Below, piece by piece: positions 28,098 to 36,361 of a DNA stretch of 47,465 bases. The position numbers were made by a program, and so were the translations under genes. The notes below the pieces were generated by a model. It made no database searches. It saw only the letters and a program-made list of their open reading frames with translations, and was not told the DNA's origin. Source of the DNA: a virus (Duplodnaviria > Heunggongvirae > Uroviricota > Caudoviricetes); IMG/VR virus record IMGVR_UViG_3300034196_000151; one strand, 5' to 3'. Positions within the stretch are counted from its first letter, which is position 1. Each line of letters opens with the position of its first letter.

Positions 28098-28502
28098 TTA
28101 GATGGATGGCGTGTTTTTAATCGACAGGTATTGCCCCAAGTAGCTGTAAATTCGTTCTTTCGCAATCGGATTTTGAGAGTGAACGAAAAAATTGAAGTCT
28201 TTGGGTATAAACGTTGGGTCATCCATATCTTTTTCAACCAACCACTTTGCCAGATCAACGCCTTCTAGCTCACGCATAAGGTCATTATCGAAGGAAATGA
28301 AGTCGGGACACCCATTACGTTCAATGTAGTCCTGAGCACCTTCTACCGTTGCAAATTTGATAATTTCAGTGTCTGGTGAATAAGCGATCTTCTCGATCTC
28401 ATCAGCACCGATCAACGGGTAGTAATAACGCGGGTGGCGGATCTTGTCGGGATGAAAAGCGTCGTCATCCAAGAACAAGAAAATCTTTTTCTTTTCTGTC
28501 AT
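28098..28502 (-). CDS. Cyclic-phosphate processing receiver (cREC) domain protein
   Basis: LFLDD, ISFDNDL, GVDLAKWL and VHSQNP motifs characteristic of this receiver-like family linked to RNA repair. Confidence 0.8.
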   Translation of the reverse strand: MTEKKKIFLFLDDDAFHPDKIRHPRYYYPLIGADEIEKIAYSPDTEIIKFATVEGAQDYIERNGCPDFISFDNDLMRELEGVDLAKWLVEKDMDDPTFIPKDFNFFVHSQNPIAKERIYSYLGQYLSIKNTPSI

Positions 28503-28589
28503 GATGAATTCCTAATATACCTTTAGTTAAGGGATATAGTATATCAAATAACCACATTAATAGCAACTCGAAAGTTGCTAGCACATAGG

Positions 28590-28946
28590 TTAATCTGCAA
28601 TATGAATATGATTTTTCCAGATTTCAAAGGATTGATCATAAGCACTAACCGTAGATTGCAACATCAGGTGATCCACTTCTGATTCAGGTGTGAGTGCTTC
28701 GATTTCCTCTTTCATGGCCTCATAGGCATTTGCCAGAATATCAAACTCATGGCGACTGAGAATAATAACATTCTGAGTGTCGAGGTTGTAGAACTTGACC
28801 GAAATATCAGTCAGCGTCAACATACCATTGGTGAATTCTTCTGCAGTCATTTTGCCTGTAAAGAAACGAGAACGCAATTCTTTCACAATGAAATCAAACA
28901 TTTTTTGGTAAAACGAAAAACTGGGGTATTTAAATGAACTGTGCAT
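28590..28946 (-). CDS. Hypothetical protein (118 aa)
   Basis: Start MHSSFK after SD GGAG. Confidence 0.6.
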   Translation of the reverse strand: MHSSFKYPSFSFYQKMFDFIVKELRSRFFTGKMTAEEFTNGMLTLTDISVKFYNLDTQNVIILSRHEFDILANAYEAMKEEIEALTPESEVDHLMLQSTVSAYDQSFEIWKNHIHIAD

Positions 28947-29039
28947 GATACCACTCCTATAAATTACCATTAGAATAACATAATTAATAATTTTACACAA
29001 TAAAAAACCCACCGAAGTGGGCTTTTTGTAATCATCAAA

Positions 29040-29627
29040 TCAAGCGGTTTCAACAGTTTTCATGTAGCGATCTGGAAGAACGGCATTGATGCTCAGTTTG
29101 ATGTATTTTTGCGTCAATTCTTCTTTTTCGATACGACCGCAATCCCAATGCTTATTGCGAGTGATAATATCCATGAAGCTTTTCTTTTTAGGCTTTTCAA
29201 AAAGTTCAATGATGGGCTTGATGAAAAAGTGAGTAGTGTCTTCAGCCACAATCAAAAAAGGAATATCAAACAACTTTTCAGATTGTTGATAGATATCAAC
29301 CGAAGTGATGTCACCGACCACAAAAGAGTTGGTGTGAACGATTTCATAAAAACCAGCATGTGGATTTTCAGACTTCGCCATAACACTACGAAGATCGGAC
29401 TGATAGAAATTCTCGTTAGGACTGCCCAAGTAATGGTTTCCAACCAAACCGATTTTATAGTTCTCTGCGAGCTTGTAGCGGTCTTCTGTGATAGAATAGC
29501 AAGCAGAATAGCCATTATCAAGGCTACGTGCAAGTCCAATTGGAAGATTAAACAAACGCGAAGTATGATCGAGACGACTGTGAGAGTCAAGAATCATGCG
29601 AACGTTGGACAGATTCATATCATTCAT
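29040..29627 (-). CDS. Hypothetical protein (195 aa)
   Basis: ORF with UUCG terminator. Confidence 0.65.
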   Translation of the reverse strand: MNDMNLSNVRMILDSHSRLDHTSRLFNLPIGLARSLDNGYSACYSITEDRYKLAENYKIGLVGNHYLGSPNENFYQSDLRSVMAKSENPHAGFYEIVHTNSFVVGDITSVDIYQQSEKLFDIPFLIVAEDTTHFFIKPIIELFEKPKKKSFMDIITRNKHWDCGRIEKEELTQKYIKLSINAVLPDRYMKTVETA

Positions 29628-29698
29628 TTCGATAGTCTCATGTGGTGGTTGATATGTTAATTATATAGAAAAATTGGTTCTGCTACAACGATTATTTG

Positions 29699-29998
29699 TT
29701 AATCGAAGTTAACTTCTTTACACTGATAAACTTGTTTTACACGGGTAACGGATTCTTTGGTTGGATTGAACGAACCTTGATACCAGCGAGATTCCGTGGA
29801 AATTTGACGGCCTACAATCGCTTCTTCTTTGGGCACAATGACATCAGCACACGATTCACCGATGCTATCACGAATATGCGACATAGGGTTAAGCGAGAAA
29901 CGCTCAATCTTGTTGCACACTTGAACTTTACAAATTTCACCGGCTTGAACTTGAGCCGAAAGAGCAACAACAAAGAGAGCCGCGATAATCTTTTTCAA
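29699..29998 (-). CDS. Secreted Cys-containing protein (99 aa)
   Basis: TTG start after SD GAGG; signal peptide KKIIAALFVVALSAQVQA. Confidence 0.6.
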   Translation of the reverse strand: MKKIIAALFVVALSAQVQAGEICKVQVCNKIERFSLNPMSHIRDSIGESCADVIVPKEEAIVGRQISTESRWYQGSFNPTKESVTRVKQVYQCKEVNFD

Positions 29999-30105
29999 AG
30001 GGTTTGCCTCAACTGGATTAGGTTCATATGATAACATAAAAATGAGTTTATCCCTAAAACAATATAAGAATTAACCCATTTTTTTACTGAGATGTAGAGC
30101 AGTGC

Positions 30106-30300
30106 TTAGAAATGAGCGTCTTCGGCCAAGTCCCAATCACTAACTTCCCGGCTAACGATACAGAATTCAGTTTGACTGCCCTGACTGGCTAAGTGAGACA
30201 GCATCCAGTCCTCTGCAGCTTCTTTTGTTAAGCCAGAACAAATCATGCCAGCCGGATCTGCAAGATTTCGAGTGTTTCGTGCAATACCATATTCAGTCAT
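30106..30300 (-). CDS. Small hypothetical protein (64 aa)
   Basis: SD AGGTG; TATAAT promoter. Confidence 0.55.
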   Translation of the reverse strand: MTEYGIARNTRNLADPAGMICSGLTKEAAEDWMLSHLASQGSQTEFCIVSREVSDWDLAEDAHF

Positions 30301-30360
30301 ACGTTCACCTATTATTCTGTGGATTGGAGAATTATACCAAAAATCTGAAAAATGATCAAC

Positions 30361-30384
30361 AAAAAAGGAGCCGAAGCTCCTTTT
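30361..30384. terminator. Bidirectional-looking terminator with C(UUCG)G loop on the minus strand
   Basis: A6-GGAGC-CGAA-GCTCC-T4. Confidence 0.85.
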
Positions 30385-30403
30385 CTTTTTTGTGTTGAAA
30401 GTC

Positions 30404-30646
30404 TTAACTTTGCATCAACTTCCTGAAACCTTCACGAATTTCTTCTTTGCCCTGTTCACGACCATGCTCAAACATAGCCTTCAGAGCGGTTTTCATGATG
30501 GACGCTTCATCACAGGCAATAGCCGAAAAGTCAAAAAGATGACCATTGAAACTGACGCGGGAGTCTTCATGTTCAATCTCAAAACCGAGACTTTCAAGAA
30601 GTTCACATTTTTTATTGATTTCTTCATAATTGCGACGACGAATCAT
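30404..30646 (-). CDS. Hypothetical protein (80 aa)
   Basis: SD AAGGA. Confidence 0.6.
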   Translation of the reverse strand: MIRRRNYEEINKKCELLESLGFEIEHEDSRVSFNGHLFDFSAIACDEASIMKTALKAMFEHGREQGKEEIREGFRKLMQS

Positions 30647-30715
30647 GGGAATATCCTTTTTGTTGAGATGGTTTATTATACCAATATGAACAGGTTAAAT
30701 CAACATTTTCGTCAA

Positions 30716-31426
30716 TTAAAGGCTGCGAAACTGAACCTGTTCGGTTTCTTTGTTGAAATAATCCCTCACAACGTATGGCATGTCTTTGGTGTCTTCTTTA
30801 AACACCTTGCGAAGTGCTTCCTGAATACCTTTTACTTGTTCATGAAGTTTAACCACTTCTTTTTGAATTTCCGCCGATTTACCCTTACCTTTCAACGCAT
30901 AGTAATGGTTGGTTTTCGTCCGCAAAGCGTCATTGAGCACATCCAGTTCAGCTTTAAGTTTGTTCACCTTGTCGAGATGTGGTGCTTTAAATTGACGAAT
31001 AGCCGCGTCATTAAGTTTAGCACTTTGAAGAATGCTGAACGTCTTGACAAAGTGTTCAATTGTCGGGTTTTCCAAAAACAATTTAATCAGGTTTTTAGCC
31101 GTTTCCACATCAAATTCGGCTGAGTAGTCTACTTTGTTGCGGATACCCACACCAGCCCGAACAACAGGCGTTTCACGACCAGTGTAACTGAACGCCAGCG
31201 AAATGGTGTTCACAAAACGTTTTGGACTGCCAAGGTCATGGTAGATACCACCAGAACCCAAGATGACGACATAATCAAAGGTTACAGGGCGAGAATAATA
31301 GGTATTACGACCCACAAAGGTATAACCACCTTTTTTTCCATTCAATTCAACGCATGAAAAGCCTTGAAGATTCTTGAACTGAGTCAACAATGGCTTTAAG
31401 ACTTGCATTGGCGTGGTGTTTTTCAT
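30716..31426 (-). CDS. Hypothetical protein with coiled coil (236 aa)
   Basis: SD GAGG; TATAAT promoter. Confidence 0.7.
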   Translation of the reverse strand: MKNTTPMQVLKPLLTQFKNLQGFSCVELNGKKGGYTFVGRNTYYSRPVTFDYVVILGSGGIYHDLGSPKRFVNTISLAFSYTGRETPVVRAGVGIRNKVDYSAEFDVETAKNLIKLFLENPTIEHFVKTFSILQSAKLNDAAIRQFKAPHLDKVNKLKAELDVLNDALRTKTNHYYALKGKGKSAEIQKEVVKLHEQVKGIQEALRKVFKEDTKDMPYVVRDYFNKETEQVQFRSL

Positions 31427-31536
31427 GGTAATGCCTCTGTGTGTAATGTTTGTATTATACCAAAATGCAGCAGAAAAAGAAACTTTTTTAAACTAAAAAA
31501 GGGGCCGAAGCCCCTAAAATTAATGTTTTTGTCTGG

Positions 31537-31866
31537 TTAAGAGAACGTGTAAGACGCCTCATAACTTTCGTTGTAACCCGGTTTGTCAAAAGTAACTTTC
31601 CAGCCCGCCTTACGGTAATGGTCTTCAACGTCCAGCCAATGTTCATCAAAGACTTTTTGACTCTTGCGGATGTTACCCAGCTTCATGATGCGTTTTAACA
31701 CATCTTTCTGCATAACAACGCCAGAGTTTTTAACTTGTGATTCAGCAATACATTCGTTGAATGCCTGAATAACAAAGTCTGGAAAAATTCGTGAAGCTTT
31801 TTGTTCTTGGGCTTGTTGTTTAGTAATCGGTTGAACAGGTTCTTTCTCTGGAGTCATAGGAGCCAT
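31537..31866 (-). CDS. Phage-type hypothetical protein (109 aa)
   Basis: SD GAGGA; UUCG terminator at 31495-31515. Confidence 0.65.
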   Translation of the reverse strand: MAPMTPEKEPVQPITKQQAQEQKASRIFPDFVIQAFNECIAESQVKNSGVVMQKDVLKRIMKLGNIRKSQKVFDEHWLDVEDHYRKAGWKVTFDKPGYNESYEASYTFS

Positions 31867-31983
31867 TATTATTCCTCACTGTTGGAGAAATATTATATCA
31901 AACGAAAATGAAGTTGTAAAGAATTAATGTGATTTTTACACCAACTAATCAAACATAACAAAAAAGAGGCCGAAGCCCCTTTT

Positions 31984-32505
31984 TTAAACCATAATTAGAT
32001 CAGGTTTAGTCTCAAGTTTTGTTGCCAAGTCGGTCAATGGTTGGCTGAACTGCTTTTTCTTAATCAACGCACAGCAATCTTTGATTTTTTGTTCAAGTCG
32101 TTGGTTTTCAAGTTCCATGCCAACAAACCGATTAACAAAATCTTCCTGTTGCATAAGCACAGAAGCCGATTGAATTTGAAGACGAATCATTGGCACACAG
32201 TATGAGTTTGAATTCGGGATATAAGAAAAATCGCCCACTACTCGCTCAATCAAGTAAGCAAGCTTGGGATTATTTTCTTTCTTAACTTCGTTAATCAACT
32301 GCATCAAATTAAGGCTAATATGATGCCGTCTGGTATGGAATCCGAAGATGGTTTCCCGATATTCAAGAACCGATTGAACAAAGGGTTTGTAAGGAGCATT
32401 CAAACCCGTCAGGATATGACTACGAAAATCCTGTTTAACACGTTGTTCTTTTCCACGGCGAGCCAAGTTGGAGAGGTTATCACGAACCCTTTGAAGTATA
32501 GTCAT
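31984..32505 (-). CDS. Hypothetical protein (173 aa)
   Basis: SD GGAGGA; UUCG terminator. Confidence 0.7.
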   Translation of the reverse strand: MTILQRVRDNLSNLARRGKEQRVKQDFRSHILTGLNAPYKPFVQSVLEYRETIFGFHTRRHHISLNLMQLINEVKKENNPKLAYLIERVVGDFSYIPNSNSYCVPMIRLQIQSASVLMQQEDFVNRFVGMELENQRLEQKIKDCCALIKKKQFSQPLTDLATKLETKPDLIMV

Positions 32506-32557
32506 AAATCCTCCAATATAATAAATAATGAAGGATTATAACACAAAAAGAAATGAA

Positions 32558-32833
32558 TTACCAAATTATTTTAATGGAACAATCCATTCTAACTTCGGCC
32601 TTAGAATAACCATTCTTCATCATCCATTCTTCAACCTCTATCGTCTGGAAGCTGGAAGGGAATACCGTGTCTTTGCCTGTAAGGATGGAGCGAGCAATAA
32701 TGCGGTAATTATCCACGGCTGGCCCTTGAAAGACTTCACAAGGCTGATAAGGCCCGTGAAACAAGTGAGTTTTGAAGGGTCTAGGTTCTGTTTTTTTACG
32801 ACCTTTACGAGCGTTTCCAAAAATAGAGAGCAT
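32558..32833 (-). CDS. Hypothetical protein (91 aa)
   Basis: Start MLSIFG after SD AAGGGG. Confidence 0.55.
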   Translation of the reverse strand: MLSIFGNARKGRKKTEPRPFKTHLFHGPYQPCEVFQGPAVDNYRIIARSILTGKDTVFPSSFQTIEVEEWMMKNGYSKAEVRMDCSIKIIW

Positions 32834-32840
32834 ATTGATT

Positions 32841-33053
32841 TCACCCCTTAAAGTCAGTGTTCTTGTAGCAGTAGAGCTGAAATTTTGACAGATCACGAAT
32901 TTCTTCGTTTTTTTCTGCAATCGTTTCACGCAATCGTTTGATTTCAGCCAACCAACGAGCATTGTCAGCTTCGACCGATTGAAGACGAATGCGGTCATCT
33001 TCAAGCGACTTGATATAAGCTGGAGTTTTGATGTATGGCACTTCTTTGATCAT
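32841..33053 (-). CDS. Small coiled-coil protein (70 aa)
   Basis: Start MIKEVP after SD AAGGAG. Confidence 0.55.
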   Translation of the reverse strand: MIKEVPYIKTPAYIKSLEDDRIRLQSVEADNARWLAEIKRLRETIAEKNEEIRDLSKFQLYCYKNTDFKG

Positions 33054-33066
33054 GTCGAAAGGCTCC

Positions 33067-33321
33067 TTATTCGTTGGCCGGTTGTTGATGTTTTTCACAC
33101 GTTTTAAAAGGTAGACCAGTTGTGTAAAGATAACGACCTTCCTTGTCACCATACCCCTGACAAGCAATATCACACAAAAAGAACTTACCCACACAACCAC
33201 AATCAAGAGCCACAATGCGATAATAATTCATCACAGAGTTACTGACACGACCAGTTTCCAGATAATGCACACTGGTTTTGTCAATGACCTGAACTTTATC
33301 AAGCAAATGTGGGTAGTTCAT
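33067..33321 (-). CDS. Cys-rich hypothetical protein (84 aa)
   Basis: First gene of a three-gene unit; SD AAGG. Confidence 0.55.
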   Translation of the reverse strand: MNYPHLLDKVQVIDKTSVHYLETGRVSNSVMNYYRIVALDCGCVGKFFLCDIACQGYGDKEGRYLYTTGLPFKTCEKHQQPANE

Positions 33322-33410
33322 TAATTGTGGCCTTAATGGGTTTTGATAAGGCTATTTTATCAAAAATTGAGAACTTTTACAAGGTTTTTAATGAATATGG
33401 ATTTTAAATG

Positions 33411-33438
33411 AAAAAAAAGCCCACCGAAGTGAGCTTTT
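33411..33438 (-). terminator. Terminator of the tRNA/ncRNA operon (C(UUCG)G loop)
   Basis: AAAAGCTCAC-TTCG-GTGGGCTTTT followed by a T-run. Confidence 0.85.
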
Positions 33439-33439
33439 C

Positions 33440-33645
33440 ATGAATGAGAATGACAAGGCGACGGATGAACATTGTCGATTAAAACCTTGCCCGCTTTCGC
33501 TAAACGGTGATATTCTGGCTTTTAAATTTCGCCATACCATTCTTACACTAGCAATCCCCGTTCTAAAATATCGCTAGCCGCAGATCCATTCTTTAGAGCA
33601 TTGAACCCGTCAGATCTGCTATCCAACTCACCGGCATTCAACTCA
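33440..33645 (-). ncRNA. Candidate structured ncRNA of unknown class (~200 nt)
   Basis: No ORF of 60 aa or more; helices CGGUGA/UCACCG, GCAGAUC/GAUCUGC, CUAGCGAU/AUUGCUAG, GGCAAGG/CCUUGUC, CGAC/GUCG; T-loop-like G-UUCAAUG-C; lies between tRNAs and the terminator. Confidence 0.55.
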
Positions 33646-33672
33646 GCTCAAGTTTAATTAATCATCATATAT

Positions 33673-33713
33673 AATTAGTAGTTAGTTCTGCATCGGTAGC
33701 TCACCTCTGGCAC
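33673..33713 (-). repeat. 41-bp repeat copy A, containing SD plus minigene ATG CAG AAC TAA
   Basis: GTGCCAGAGGTGAGC-12 variable nt-ACTAACTACTAATT. Confidence 0.85.
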
Positions 33714-33774
33714 TTCGTTTAATATGAACTAAGGGTTAGTCGGCATTCATTATACTAGATTCAATTATAGATTA

Positions 33775-33815
33775 AATTAGTAGTTAGTGCGGCATTATTG
33801 GCTCACCTCTGGCAC
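33775..33815 (-). repeat. 41-bp repeat copy B, containing SD plus minigene ATG CCG CAC TAA
   Basis: Identical 15-nt and 14-nt flanks to copy A; different 12-nt core. Confidence 0.85.
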
Positions 33816-33854
33816 ACTGATTAGTTATCAAGTGGTTAATGTTTTAATTCAATT

Positions 33855-33939
33855 TGGTGCCCGGTGCCAGACTCGAACTGGCATGACTTTCGCCGGAAGA
33901 TTTTAAGTCTTCTGTGTCTACCGATTTCACCAACCGGGC
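33855..33939 (-). tRNA. tRNA-Leu (UAA)
   Basis: GCCCGGT/ACCGGGC acceptor; anticodon loop CT-TAA-AA; long variable arm; GTTCGA; encoded CCA. Confidence 0.95.
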
Positions 33940-33945
33940 ATAATT

Positions 33946-34022
33946 TGGTCCGTGCGGCAGGACTTGAACCTGCGACCATCCGCTTAGAAGGCGGATGCTC
34001 TATCCAACTGAGCTACGCACGG
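33946..34022 (-). tRNA. tRNA-Arg (UCU)
   Basis: CCGTGCG/CGCACGG acceptor; AGCTCAGTTGGATAGAGC D arm; loop CT-TCT-AA; GGTTCAA; CCA. Confidence 0.95.
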
Positions 34023-34031
34023 GTGTTTGTT

Positions 34032-34163
34032 TTATTCAGCGTCTTGATGACGTTGACGACGATTATCACGCATTTGACGGCTGGCTTTGTTATCGCCACG
34101 TTTGGAGTTGTCTTTCTGCTTGCCTGCAAACTTTTCCATCATGTCGCGGTGAGAACCTTGCAT
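34032..34163 (-). CDS. Basic microprotein copy 4, diverged (43 aa, MQGSHRDMMEKFAGKQKDNSKRGDNKASRQMRDNRRQRHQDAE)
   Basis: Conserved MQGS start, RQxRDxRRxRHQDAE end and same leader; SD AAGGA; ends 9 nt before tRNA-Arg. Confidence 0.85.
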   Translation of the reverse strand: MQGSHRDMMEKFAGKQKDNSKRGDNKASRQMRDNRRQRHQDAE

Positions 34164-34200
34164 TTTGTATTTCCTTGTGTTGTTTCGTTTCGATGGGTTC

Positions 34201-34229
34201 ATTATATGGAAAAGAGGGTTGGGTGTAAA
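34201..34229 (-). promoter_or_regulatory. Sigma70 promoter of the microprotein-tRNA-ncRNA operon
   Basis: TTTACA-17-TATAAT. Confidence 0.8.
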
Positions 34230-34340
34230 GCATTATTTTCGTTTTTTTATCAAAAAAATCACAATTTTAAGACTTCATCTTGTTGATTTTTAAGAGGAAA
34301 CAAAAAAGGGGAACTCGGCCCCTTTCTTTACATGTATAGC

Positions 34341-34928
34341 TTAGTCGTCGCCACCATCTTCATCATCGTAGCAAGAGCGGTTCGCAACATAGTAAGCAAA
34401 CAACTCTTCCAGAGTAGAAAAATCGTGGCGAGAGCGACCATTACCGCTACGCAATGAAAAAGTTCCATCAGCGTGGGCAAAAATCACAGGGTCTTTGCAG
34501 AAGACTTTAAAATGTTTATTACCTTCCGCATCCATCGGTTTCAACAAATTAGAGAGCTTTTTGATAGAAGCAATGATTTGCTCATTACGAGCTTCATCAA
34601 ACTTGAAAACAAAAACATGAACTGCCTTCTGCTGGCTAAACTGGCAGTATCCCGACATGTAAAGGCCCATGTCATGGATTAGAAGATTTGCTGCATTGTA
34701 ACGAACATGATCCAAACCTGAGCCAGATTCAGCCATCAGGAAATCAAAGCGGTCTTGTTCCGATTGCTCAGTTTTCAGAGTTTCTACGGTGATGGCTTCG
34801 GTAAGATCCGTAATCTTTTTGGAGAGCGAAGACACTTTTTCTTGCAGAGGCTTAATTTGCTCAAAGATTTTATCACGCTGGCCGTGAGTTTCTTTAAGTT
34901 TGGCGTGGAGTTGTTCAAGAGAAGTCAT
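34341..34928 (-). CDS. Hypothetical protein with N-terminal coiled coil (195 aa)
   Basis: SD GAGG; promoter and terminator. Confidence 0.7.
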   Translation of the reverse strand: MTSLEQLHAKLKETHGQRDKIFEQIKPLQEKVSSLSKKITDLTEAITVETLKTEQSEQDRFDFLMAESGSGLDHVRYNAANLLIHDMGLYMSGYCQFSQQKAVHVFVFKFDEARNEQIIASIKKLSNLLKPMDAEGNKHFKVFCKDPVIFAHADGTFSLRSGNGRSRHDFSTLEELFAYYVANRSCYDDEDGGDD

Positions 34929-35009
34929 GGTATAGCCTCGTTTGATTTGAGTTAATTATACATCAAATGCAGCGTTGAGAAAACTCTTTTTTAACCATAA
35001 TTGAGTTTT

Positions 35010-35204
35010 TTAAGGCTCACCGGCTAAAAAGTCTCGAATGCGTTCTTCGGCATACTCTCTTTTTGAATAACCATCGCGGCAAGAACCTCTTGGAAAATGG
35101 GTGATATAGGTATTACATGGACGCCACCAGAAAAGCCATTTGTACTGACAAATATAAGCCTTTTGGCCGTTATTACGCTCAACTTCTAGAATGCGTGTTT
35201 TCAT
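35010..35204 (-). CDS. Small phage-type hypothetical protein (64 aa)
   Basis: SD GAGG; QYKWLFWW aromatic motif. Confidence 0.6.
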   Translation of the reverse strand: MKTRILEVERNNGQKAYICQYKWLFWWRPCNTYITHFPRGSCRDGYSKREYAEERIRDFLAGEP

Positions 35205-35268
35205 TGGAACCTCTTATGTAATTTGAAATAACGATGAACAGTTTTTATAAAAATTTGAAAAATATAAA

Positions 35269-35568
35269 TTAATTAGCAGTAACATCACTTTCATTAATGA
35301 AATGGAAAACGCCTGATTGTGGATAGAAAGTCCATTTCCAAAGATCCCCATGCGTATTACCACCATCAAAGATTATCAAGTCATAAAGAGATTGATTATC
35401 AACAAGATTAACATTTTCATCGTAACAATTAACAGGTTCCATAATAAGATTTGCAACAACTCTTTTAACTCCATATACCTTACCTACGGCACCATCAGCC
35501 AGCATTGAATTAATAGCAACACCAAGACTTTGCTTATACTCTTCTGAATAATTAATTGATTTAGACAT
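35269..35568 (-). CDS. Hypothetical protein (99 aa)
   Basis: Start MSKSIN after SD AGGGG; AT-rich. Confidence 0.55.
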   Translation of the reverse strand: MSKSINYSEEYKQSLGVAINSMLADGAVGKVYGVKRVVANLIMEPVNCYDENVNLVDNQSLYDLIIFDGGNTHGDLWKWTFYPQSGVFHFINESDVTAN

Positions 35569-35655
35569 TTTTTTTACCCCTTGTTGTTTTAAAATAGAAA
35601 TTATCATCTGTTAATTAATTTTTTTTAATATTTATTTTTGAATACAAATACAAAA

Positions 35656-36264
35656 TTAGATTTTTTGAGTAGTATCTACATATTTCAAATAAGCGTCCAC
35701 TTTCTTTTGAACTGTGGCAATCGACTGGGTGACATCTTTGTGGTGTTCATCCCGTTGCAAGCAATGTTTAGGGAAGGTCATGGTAACGTTCAAGCCAATA
35801 GCTTCACCAGCAATACCACCAGCCCAGTCAGCTCCTGTTTGACCACCAGAGATAAGGTTTGTCAGCGGCCAAAACTCATGAACCTTAGCGATAACCATGT
35901 AAACCCACTGGTTCAAGGAAACTTGAAATTCATTAACAAACTTCGCTTCGTCCAACCGATCAAACTTTTGAGGCTCCGACAATTGTCCCGGTGCCCAAGC
36001 ACCAGAGAGAGAATAGATTCCATTACCGGCGACGTTCAAGGTCACAACATTGTGTTTTTTGCAGGCGGCATACAACATACGAGCCGCAACAAGAGGGTCT
36101 GTGCTCAAATGGATGGCGACATAACGATTACCGGCTTCACGTTTAGTAAGGCGTTCACCTGCAGAGGTAAAGTCTTCTGCGAAAGCGACAGTAAGATCTG
36201 CTGTGTGAGCATTGTGTACAGTTCTTGGCTTATACTGTGCTGACTCATGTTCGATAATTTTCAT
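35656..36264 (-). CDS. Circularly permuted putative molybdenum-carrier (SLOG) family protein
   Basis: RTVHNA..ADLTV, AGERLT and LNVAG motifs precede ISGGQTGAD, which is normally N-terminal. Confidence 0.7.
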   Translation of the reverse strand: MKIIEHESAQYKPRTVHNAHTADLTVAFAEDFTSAGERLTKREAGNRYVAIHLSTDPLVAARMLYAACKKHNVVTLNVAGNGIYSLSGAWAPGQLSEPQKFDRLDEAKFVNEFQVSLNQWVYMVIAKVHEFWPLTNLISGGQTGADWAGGIAGEAIGLNVTMTFPKHCLQRDEHHKDVTQSIATVQKKVDAYLKYVDTTQKI

Positions 36265-36331
36265 AAAGACACCCCTTTTTGAATAAAGATATTATACCAC
36301 AAAGGGTTTCAAATGGGAAATAAAAGGCATG

Positions 36332-36354
36332 AAAAAACCACCCGAAGGTGGTTT
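36332..36354 (-). terminator. Terminator of the tRNA-Leu/tmRNA-like operon
   Basis: AAACCACC-TTCG-GGTGGTTT followed by a T-run. Confidence 0.85.
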
Positions 36355-36361
36355 CTGTGTT

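Noticed and set aside
33440-33645. RNase P, SRP, 6S, T-box or Y RNA
   Set aside because: No GAGGAAAGUCC, SRP domain IV, long 6S rod, T-box UGGN antiterminator or clear Ro-binding helix seen; no Ro/Rsr gene nearby; left unclassified
33673-33815. Mini CRISPR array
   Set aside because: Only two units, the variable part is a 12-nt core inside the repeat rather than a 25-45 nt spacer, and no cas genes are present in the window
33864-34286. ORFs 33864-34286 and 33995-34228 (+) and 36542-36775 (+)
   Set aside because: They overlap tRNA genes and the microprotein on the opposite strand; typical spurious tRNA-antisense ORFs
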